Source: Bradymonadia bacterium
GTDB taxonomy: Bacteria; Myxococcota_A; Bradymonadia; UBA7976; UBA1532
Direction: 5' to 3'
Assembly: GCA_046290225.1 (NCBI GenBank)
Contig: JBKAGE010000081.1
Span: 1 to 64,000 of the forward strand
Length of the DNA stretch: 64,000 nucleotides
Both the position numbers and the translations under genes were made by a program. The notes beneath the pieces are model-generated. The model was given only the letters and a program-made list of their open reading frames with translations. It made no database searches and was not told the origin of the DNA. Shown piece by piece: positions 57,401 through 64,000 of this stretch. Numbering within the stretch: position 1 is the stretch's first letter; every line of letters starts with the position of its first letter.

Positions 57401-60069
57401 TGCCTCCTGAGGAGCGTGCTCTGGGCCTCGCCGTGTCTGCGCTGATGTCAGCCACGGCAGATGTCCTGCAGGGGCAGATGCCAGAGGCCCTGGCCCGCAT
57501 CGAAGGCGCCAACCTGCTCGCGGAGAAGTACGACGCTCTGAAGGGGAGAGAGGCTGCGCTCAAAGCCGGTCACGAGACGCGTATGGCGGCGTGGGGCCCT
57601 CAGGTGTTGCTGGTGGCGCGCCTCGCTCGGATCGTGATCTTGAAGATGGCCGGCCGGGCGGGCGAAGCCCGGGACATCATCGAGGTGATGCTGAGGGACG
57701 CTCGGGCATTCGCGCGGGCAGAGACCCGCCGCGCCGCTGCCGACGCCACCCTCGATGGTCACATCGATGGGGTCGTGGGCCTGACCTACTGGATGCTCGA
57801 GGTGCTCCTCGCCGGTGACGACGCCAGCCGGAACGAGGCCCTGGGACAGATGCGCAAGGCAGCACGTCGGGTGGACATGCGGTTGCCCAAGGCAGGCCCT
57901 CGAGAGACCGCCCGCTGGTGGGTGCTCGCCGGCATCCTCGCCCGGGACATCGCGTGGGCGGTGGAGGTGGGCGTCGCCGGCAAGGTGGATCGTGGCCAGC
58001 TCAAGGCCTGGAAGGGCATCAAAGCGGGGATGGAGGCTCTCGTTCGCGATTGGGAGCCCGCCCTCGAGTCTCGGATCCTGCGGATGGTGCTGGCCATGGG
58101 CCTCACCGCACAGCGTGCTCTCCCCGAGATCGTCGCCGGTGAAGGTCCGTGGTGGCAGCGCCCCTTGGGCATCGACGCCCTCAAGCGCCTGAGCGCCAAG
58201 TTGGGCCAGATCTCCAGCACCGGGCCCCAGATGGCCATCGACCGATTGCTCGCAGAGCAGCTTCAGGGCGTGCTGGCCAATGCCAAAGCCCTCGGCGATG
58301 AGGGCGCCTTCAGCGCAGCGTGGGGCAAGGTGGTCAATCGTCAGCGCAAGGCGATGAGCCCTTCTGATCCTGCAGAGGCCCGGGTGTTGCTGTTGCTCGA
58401 GTCCGCCGCCGTGGCCACCCAGAGCAAGCGGTGGTCCGATGTGCTGGCGCTGGCGAAGGCCGGCCCTGCCCTCGCCGAAGGGACCGCGCTCTCGGACATG
58501 CCGTTCTTGTGGCCCGCACTGCAGGTCATGGCACATCGCCGCAAAGGCGACGTCACTCAAGCCATTGCTGCCCTCGACGTCGTGGGTGATCAATGCCCGG
58601 CGTTGCGTTGGCAGCTCGAACCCCTACGGGCCATCAGCGCCGCCAACGCCTCTGCTTTCGGTCAGGCCATGGAGCGTCATCGCGACGGCGCCCGTCAGGC
58701 TCAGGCCGGAGGCATCGTGGGCAAGGTGGAGCTGACCTTGAAGGAGGGCGATGGCCGTCTCGAGATCTCGGTGGAGATCCCGCTGATGTCAGTGCTCCTC
58801 GGACGCCCCACGGGCACGCTTCAGCTTGGCGCCGGCTATCAGTCTGAGAGCAACGCGCATGAGCCGGTAGTCGTCACCGTGAGCGGTCAGGCCAGCGCCG
58901 TGGAGGCTGAGCTTCAGGGCCTGATGTTGAAGGCCTGGCGGGCGTTCCTCTGGGGAGACGAGGCTGGTGGTCAGGAGGCCCTCAGGCGCCTGTCGGTCCG
59001 TTTCGCCGCCGAGGGGTGGCAGATCAGAGAGCCCCTGGAGGCCATCTGGCTCGGCGCCATCGCCGAGCTGCACGGCCATCGCGCTCTGGGTCGCTGGCTC
59101 ATCGAGGGCGCTGCAGCGAAGGCCGAGGCCGGATCCCCCGACAGCCGGACCGGGCGGGTTCCGTTGTGTGACGATCAACCTGCGCCAGAAGGATCAGAGC
59201 TGATCGTCGCCAGCACGTGCGAGGCACCCGCCTTGCTGGCCGCTACTCTTTCTGAAAATGCACAGCGGGCCGTGGCTCGATGGGTGGCGTTGCGGATGCG
59301 GGCGAGAGAAGGGCAGCCGATCAACGGGGAGGCCATCTCCGAGATCCTCGGTGCCGCCAATACCCACGCTGCATCTCTGGTGCCCGAGTGGTCTTTGCCG
59401 CTCACAGGCGCTTTTGCTGGTGCAGTCGATGCGAGTGAATTGCCCGAGCTGCAGGGGGCGCTGGTGATGGCCGTGAAGGGAGAAGGCAACGCCGTGGAGA
59501 CCGCTGTCACAGGTGGTTATGCCTGCGAGCTGACGCTGCAGATGCTCGAGCAGGAAGCACCCCGAGCGAGCCTCGCCACCGTGGCCCGAGCGTGTGGCGC
59601 CAGCCCATTCTCCATTGCTGCGTTGAGCAGAGCGCTCACCGAGTCGAAGCAGCTTTCCGTGGCCTGGCCCCTCGCCGCGGAGGCTCTGGAGATGTTGTTC
59701 GAGGTGAGGGGACCCGGCCCGGCGCCGAGGCTGTGGCCTCTGGCCCGACGCCTCGCCTCCGTCGAGCATCCGAGCTGGGAAGGGGAGCGTGGTGAGGCAG
59801 CGGCGCGTTTCGCCCGCATCGGTCAGCGCCTCGAAGATCCGCAACAAGCCATGCACTTCAGAGCTGTGGCCCTCGCCGTCTCCCTCAAAGAGGGGTCCCG
59901 GCTGCCCGAGCCATCTGATGAGGTGCTGGTCGATGCCATGAAGATGAAGCCTGCACCGCCGAGCCTGCCCTTCTTGAAGGCGCTAGTCTTTGCAGCGCCG
60001 GATGAGGGCACCCGTCGCCAGCTCGCCGTCCAGTGGCTCAGTGGGCTCAGCTCGCAGAAGCGCCCGTGA
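54478..60069 (+). CDS. 1863-aa lipoprotein: N-terminal alkaline-phosphatase-superfamily-like domain plus long helical region
   Basis: GAGGAG SD, TIGC lipobox, VVMVQLDGL, ASLLTGLPPREH, GG....E.DVAVVF, VAPTLLDVL. Confidence 0.75.
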   Translation: MGGHRGLRALCLTVLWTIGCGGGTPADPGDRGPGGDGSGGPQPEVVTVQRPPEPPQPFNVRHVVMVQLDGLTPSMLRDYLSRPASRGDGRVLSHLLGASPAAGAPVRFERARLPRQVLAPLPGALDTVSASLLTGLPPREHEVRADGQRITPTVNSIFDAVSRAGGDSICVGFPDCGTATEKLQGVSDAVRVSSLAKALGGRRRPPTLITLRLNGLARALEAGGVEAGVDALSSVDRLLYTLADAGPPGESTLWILASGASAIPLSEPKGVSAAKVLATLRSQAKQPGLSPDNLQATGGLIRMTDLPKGADRPVAQVLAALPSTAMVLMRGMEGVSVFDPDLKAPRPLTQVEAEGYPDLERRVLFFANPGDVIALADAEKGYVYLPPGRAPGRVRQGGATAAETDVAVVFAGLPLRRTPPGALDQMPLEAVAPTLLDVLEVGAIKLGPDVEALSQAARLRPRYATPTSTRWASCREAGDAARRVEVPCTSVMRHTRDPRAAAEALLLRTVADAKAGAEEAVVRQRLELVAWLDPHVRWPMNDGGLKPMWPKRPVRGRSPGGVLVLVGGLEAEVMAPALGALEALGKAEVVPVQRLPLFVPDGDDSFAALIGRVTGASAVVWAHEGKVKITAPTALFGRLEGPGWSSAPLGSDISSDQRLATVASHIHLTQGLVALENGYPARASRYLSSVQGLSPEVDRWRKTMLDFSMRAADPEAAPAEGGLEAGWVGAVQAIMRRVDGEGPELPTSGEWGAREAKLLEAARAAVGKEPALCAQPPLADRLTALSRGAEILEKLSLPGLAARARIRRAGLLAEKPEAAMAELDFALTLIEAEWAGWLRADVARRVLQMAIYAPWAQGTPQRGALIDRAAQVVLRRMQADLAAARAEGVDPKKSLEQLTALLDGSTASLPMLQRETLELAVQGNPELRPALIQQFLVDGAGLTSLFTAEGVRRLRITADLIEQLADPPRGLKIKMPPEERALGLAVSALMSATADVLQGQMPEALARIEGANLLAEKYDALKGREAALKAGHETRMAAWGPQVLLVARLARIVILKMAGRAGEARDIIEVMLRDARAFARAETRRAAADATLDGHIDGVVGLTYWMLEVLLAGDDASRNEALGQMRKAARRVDMRLPKAGPRETARWWVLAGILARDIAWAVEVGVAGKVDRGQLKAWKGIKAGMEALVRDWEPALESRILRMVLAMGLTAQRALPEIVAGEGPWWQRPLGIDALKRLSAKLGQISSTGPQMAIDRLLAEQLQGVLANAKALGDEGAFSAAWGKVVNRQRKAMSPSDPAEARVLLLLESAAVATQSKRWSDVLALAKAGPALAEGTALSDMPFLWPALQVMAHRRKGDVTQAIAALDVVGDQCPALRWQLEPLRAISAANASAFGQAMERHRDGARQAQAGGIVGKVELTLKEGDGRLEISVEIPLMSVLLGRPTGTLQLGAGYQSESNAHEPVVVTVSGQASAVEAELQGLMLKAWRAFLWGDEAGGQEALRRLSVRFAAEGWQIREPLEAIWLGAIAELHGHRALGRWLIEGAAAKAEAGSPDSRTGRVPLCDDQPAPEGSELIVASTCEAPALLAATLSENAQRAVARWVALRMRAREGQPINGEAISEILGAANTHAASLVPEWSLPLTGAFAGAVDASELPELQGALVMAVKGEGNAVETAVTGGYACELTLQMLEQEAPRASLATVARACGASPFSIAALSRALTESKQLSVAWPLAAEALEMLFEVRGPGPAPRLWPLARRLASVEHPSWEGERGEAAARFARIGQRLEDPQQAMHFRAVALAVSLKEGSRLPEPSDEVLVDAMKMKPAPPSLPFLKALVFAAPDEGTRRQLAVQWLSGLSSQKRP

Positions 60070-61875
60070 GTAGTTGTCAGTGCCCTCATCTCCGAAGATG
60101 TCTCCACCGGGCTCTGCCACCGTCTCTTCTGAGAGGCCGAGGGAGGGCTGAGGTTCAGTGCTCAGGGGCGGTGGGCGCTCTGTGTCCATCGTAGGCGGAT
60201 ACCCCTGGACCGTCGGCCGGCCATCGGCAGGCGGGCTGGGCTGAGTGAACTCTTGCGCCCCCTGATTGACAGTGTCGTCGCACAGAGCATCCTCTTCATC
60301 GGTCACGAGTCCCGTCACCACGATGGGCAAACGAACTGAGAAGACCGCACCCTGGTTCGGAGCGTTGCCAGCGGTGAGCGTGCCACCGAACTCCTCGACG
60401 ATCTCTCGGCAGATGCAAAGCCCCAGGCCGGTGCCTTCACCCACTGGTTTGGTGGTGAAGAAACGATCGAAGAGACGATGTAGGACGGCTGGGCTCAGGC
60501 CAGGGCCATCGTCCATGACATCGATCACCACCATCCCCTGTACCTCGTGAGAGCGTACGGTGACGCAGCCACCTGGCTCACGGTGCTCGGCAATGGCCTG
60601 GGCGGCGTTGACCAGAAGGTTCACGAAGACCTGTGAGAGGCGTCCTGGCGCCCCCCTGATCTGGGGGGCCCCCGTGAGCACATCCACCAGGGTCACGTTC
60701 GCACTGCGCAGCGTCGAACGGGTGATGCGGATGGCGCTGCGGACTGTGTCGTTCACGTTGAAGAGCGTGGTGTGACTGGTGCGGCCGATCGTGTTGATGT
60801 CCGCGACAATCTCGTTGATACGCTCGAGACCCTCGAGGGCCTCCGAGAGAGAATCGCGCATGTCCACGAGCAGGCGCTCGCCCCCCCCGAGACTCCAGGG
60901 GAAGCTCATGCTCGACGAGTGATTGTTCTGGGAGAGGTGGCCCAGACCACTCTCCAGGTGGCCGAGGTTCGAGGACAACCAGGCGATGGGCTGCTTGATC
61001 TCGTGGGCCACGCCCGTGGCCACCTGCCCCACCGAGGCGAGGCGCTCGCTCACGAGCATACGGTTCAGCAGATGCGTGTTCTCCAGACTGAGCGCCAGCT
61101 GGGTGGCGAAGATGCCGAGGCGCTCCAGATCGGAATGTTGGAATGGGGTGGGGTTGCGCGTGCGGCCGAGGCAGAGCACCCCGAGCAGGTGATCGTTGAG
61201 GAACATCGGGTAGATGATCAGGCAGCGATCGTGAGCGCCCTGGGCACCTGGCTCGATGGAGGCTTCTGGCGCGCGGCGTTGAACCACCCGCGCCAATACC
61301 GAAGGGCCGGGCTGTAGATCCTGGGCGCCGATGCTGTGAGCCATCCTCAGCTGCCCATCTTGCCTGGGCAGGTAGAGGGTAGAGGCCTCACACGCGATCA
61401 GGGACATGGCCACAGTCGTCGCTTCTCTTGAGAGCTTTTGTTGATCAGCACGGGCGGCGATGACCCGCTGACAGGCGTGAAAGAGCGTCGAGGTCCTGCG
61501 CAGCGCCCGCTGCTCCATGGCCCGGCTGATCAGCGTTTGTACTTGCTGAAGATCGAAGGGCTTGCTCAGGAAGTCCATGGCGCCATTGCGCATGCAGTCC
61601 ACTGCTGCCTCGAGGCTGGAGGCCCCGCTCATACCGATGACTTCGGTGTCAGGCGCCGATGACTTCAAGTGTCGGATCAGCTCGTTCCCCTGCATCAGGG
61701 GCAGCTGGACATCGGAGAAGACGATGTCGAACTCGCTGTGCTCCAGTTCGTCGAGGGCATGCTCGGCGCTTGAGCACGAGGCCACATTGTGGCCCGAGCG
61801 ACGACAACTCTCCGTCAGCAGATGGCAGATGTGCGGATCATCATCGACGATCAGAATCTGAGCCCCAGTGCTCAC
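59983..61875 (-). CDS. Hybrid receiver-GAF-histidine kinase
   Basis: ILIVDDD, FSDVQLP, FLSKPF, GAF-like PF...DL..L..FA.Q, GVAHEIKQP, QVFVNLLVNA, FFTTKPVGEGTGLGL. Confidence 0.92.
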   Translation of the reverse strand: MSTGAQILIVDDDPHICHLLTESCRRSGHNVASCSSAEHALDELEHSEFDIVFSDVQLPLMQGNELIRHLKSSAPDTEVIGMSGASSLEAAVDCMRNGAMDFLSKPFDLQQVQTLISRAMEQRALRRTSTLFHACQRVIAARADQQKLSREATTVAMSLIACEASTLYLPRQDGQLRMAHSIGAQDLQPGPSVLARVVQRRAPEASIEPGAQGAHDRCLIIYPMFLNDHLLGVLCLGRTRNPTPFQHSDLERLGIFATQLALSLENTHLLNRMLVSERLASVGQVATGVAHEIKQPIAWLSSNLGHLESGLGHLSQNNHSSSMSFPWSLGGGERLLVDMRDSLSEALEGLERINEIVADINTIGRTSHTTLFNVNDTVRSAIRITRSTLRSANVTLVDVLTGAPQIRGAPGRLSQVFVNLLVNAAQAIAEHREPGGCVTVRSHEVQGMVVIDVMDDGPGLSPAVLHRLFDRFFTTKPVGEGTGLGLCICREIVEEFGGTLTAGNAPNQGAVFSVRLPIVVTGLVTDEEDALCDDTVNQGAQEFTQPSPPADGRPTVQGYPPTMDTERPPPLSTEPQPSLGLSEETVAEPGGDIFGDEGTDNYSRALLRAEPTEPLDGELATGALIRRCKD

Positions 61876-61984
61876 ACGACCTCCACCGATCTCGCTGCGC
61901 TGATCTGCGCGCCTGAACCTAGAGGAACGGCGTGGAGTCAAAAAACTTTAGGAAGACGTACCGGGAGCAAGCGGGGAAATACGT

Positions 61985-64000
61985 TTAAAAATCAACAGAA
62001 CCAACGTTCTGGTGCTGGTCGTAGATCTCCAAGCGACCGGGGCCTTGGAGCGGCGCCAGGTGAATCTCGGTGGTGGGCCAGCCTTCGAGTTCCGTGCGTT
62101 GTTCGGTGCCGCCTGCGTCGCGACCGAACACCACGGTGCGGGTGATGACACCGGGGCGCACCTCAAGGGGCGTCAGTGAGGCGGACATCCCGCCAGCAGG
62201 GGTCCAGACCGCACGCAGCCCCTCAGCGGGTCCACCGAGGATCATGCTGAACCCTCGACTCGACCCTTGGATGTTCAGGTCGGGGCCGTGGCGCCAGAGG
62301 CTGCCTGTGGGCCGCAGGCCGTCGAAGGGGCCACCGGTGTCCGTAGAAGGCCCATCGGGCAGGTTCACTGAGACAATCAGGCCACCATCCTCTGCCTGCC
62401 GCCATTGCAGCTGCAGGCTGGCCGGGGTGATCTCCATGGCAGGGCTCTCGATGCGGTATTGCTCAGGTGAGCCCCCCTCGGTGGATACACCATGACCTTC
62501 GATGATGACGTGGTACGTACCCGGATCGAGTTCGAAGGGCAGCTCCCAACGTAGAGACCAGCGGTGATCCGTCGAATAATCTCCGAGGTAGCGCAAGATC
62601 GAGTCGAAGCCGCTGATGTCCACAGGTTGCCCCAGAGCATTCGTGACCATCTCCATGGCCCCCGCTGCCCCCGGCCGAGCCAGCCACGCGTTCGGAAGGT
62701 CGACCCCAGGGTGACCGCCATGCCAGCGCAGCACGATTTGAGAGCCTCGGCTCGCCCGAGGCCCTGGGGCGTCGATCAGCCCCCCAGCAGCTTCGGACCC
62801 CGGCGTGGCTGAAATCGTGTCGTCGGCCAGATCGGTCCACCAGTGAGGCTTCACGCGTCGATCCCATGGCTCCCGCTCTGGGGTGAGCAGTCGAGCGGCG
62901 ATGTCTCGAGAGCGATCGACGAGGTACTCACCGAGGCGCCAGCCCCAGGTGCTGGTGCTGGACTCATAGCCGCCGTGGAACCAGTCGTCGGCGCCGAGCA
63001 GATAGAACATATGGTCCTGAGCGTACCCGAGGGCCATGGCCGTGATGGGCTGCCCTGCTGATTGCCCCTCGGCCTGCACAGCCTGCGAGACCATCAACGT
63101 GATCTCCGAGGAGGGCTCCCCAGGCAGGGTCACTGCGAAAAGATCGCCGAGCCGCAGTGCGGTGAGCGTGGTCTGCATGTTCTGGGGCACGGGGAAGCCC
63201 ACGACCCTGGCGATGTCGAGCAGACAGCCGAGATCACCATCCTCTGCAGGATCTTCGGACCAGTTGCGCCCCTCGAGCAGACACTGGAAGGCGCCATAGG
63301 TGTGTACGGTGCTCCGAGTGCGGAAAGCCTCTGCCTCATAGCCGAGGATGTCGCGGCTGATGGCCACGCGCTCGGTGATCAGCTCCACGTCGATGTCGGC
63401 GCGGGTTTCGATCCCAGCAAAGGCCGGCGCCACGAGTGCCGCCACGCGGTGCCCCACCACCTGCATCTTGGCCCAGTCCGTATCGGTGGCATCGTCTCCT
63501 CTGGGGCTGGTGTTGCCGCCGGCGCCGTTCGTGTAGAGCACCGGAACCACCCGACCGGCCTGTTCAGAGAGCACCTCGCCGGCGACGACCTCTACTGCAC
63601 CGTGCACGTCACCGGTGATCCAGGTGTCGTTCATGTGCGTGCCGTGGATGCCGAAGTTCACCATGGCGGCGAGGGGCTCACCCTCAGCATCGTCGATGCG
63701 CCAGATGAACATGCGATCGTCGAAGATGTCGGGGCCTTCGCTCCGCCGGTTGGTGTGGATGCGCCCCTCGGGATCAAAGCCGTCCAGCAGGGTCCAGCCG
63801 AAAGACGCCGGCTGGGCGTCGTCGAGGGCTTCTGCGGCGGCCTCGGCCATCGAGCGCGCCACCCGGTCGGTGATCTCCAACGAGAAGAGACCGAAGCCGA
63901 AGGTGCCAAAGCTCAAGTTGGAGAGCAGGTTCCAATATCGAGCAGGCTGGCTGTGAGAGTGGGTCGCGGCGAGTAAGATGTGATCAGCGTAGTCGATGCC
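61985..64000 (-). CDS. Neutral/alkaline ceramidase family protein (5' end outside the window)
   Basis: Frame open to the window edge; ATHSHS, NFGIHGT, NGAGGNTSP, LPGEP, GYAQD, GGYE. Confidence 0.85.
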   Translation of the reverse strand, partial: GIDYADHILLAATHSHSQPARYWNLLSNLSFGTFGFGLFSLEITDRVARSMAEAAAEALDDAQPASFGWTLLDGFDPEGRIHTNRRSEGPDIFDDRMFIWRIDDAEGEPLAAMVNFGIHGTHMNDTWITGDVHGAVEVVAGEVLSEQAGRVVPVLYTNGAGGNTSPRGDDATDTDWAKMQVVGHRVAALVAPAFAGIETRADIDVELITERVAISRDILGYEAEAFRTRSTVHTYGAFQCLLEGRNWSEDPAEDGDLGCLLDIARVVGFPVPQNMQTTLTALRLGDLFAVTLPGEPSSEITLMVSQAVQAEGQSAGQPITAMALGYAQDHMFYLLGADDWFHGGYESSTSTWGWRLGEYLVDRSRDIAARLLTPEREPWDRRVKPHWWTDLADDTISATPGSEAAGGLIDAPGPRASRGSQIVLRWHGGHPGVDLPNAWLARPGAAGAMEMVTNALGQPVDISGFDSILRYLGDYSTDHRWSLRWELPFELDPGTYHVIIEGHGVSTEGGSPEQYRIESPAMEITPASLQLQWRQAEDGGLIVSVNLPDGPSTDTGGPFDGLRPTGSLWRHGPDLNIQGSSRGFSMILGGPAEGLRAVWTPAGGMSASLTPLEVRPGVITRTVVFGRDAGGTEQRTELEGWPTTEIHLAPLQGPGRLEIYDQHQNVGSVDF

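Overview
GC-rich bacterial chromosomal window with about 43 supportable genes. I infer a Myxococcota/deltaproteobacterial host from the Hanks-type kinase, HDOD protein and many Cys-rich lipoproteins with Asp/Ala linkers. I saw no rRNA, tRNA, CRISPR array, transposase or integrase. DNA-processing genes are prominent: DUF72 head-to-head with SRAP, YhaO/YhaN, an Upf1-like SF1 helicase, recCBD, an archaeal-type XPB-Bax1 (DUF790) pair and holB. Other genes are an Fe3+-type ABC transporter divergent from a cysteine-free stand-alone rpsD, ravA/viaA-like genes behind two wHTH regulators, two-component genes, fadL, an 1863-aa lipoprotein with an apparently inactive alkaline-phosphatase-fold domain, and a partial neutral ceramidase. 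In non-coding DNA there is a dispersed hairpin repeat (4 copies, two directly after stop codons), GTAG-type REP-like elements, an (AGGGCA)5 tract and two hairpins that bury Shine-Dalgarno (SD) sequences. The best candidates for under-described systems are XPB-Bax1 in a bacterium, the DUF72/SRAP/YhaNO module, the dispersed repeat family and the giant pseudo-enzyme lipoprotein. All family assignments come from motif recognition by eye; no searches were run.
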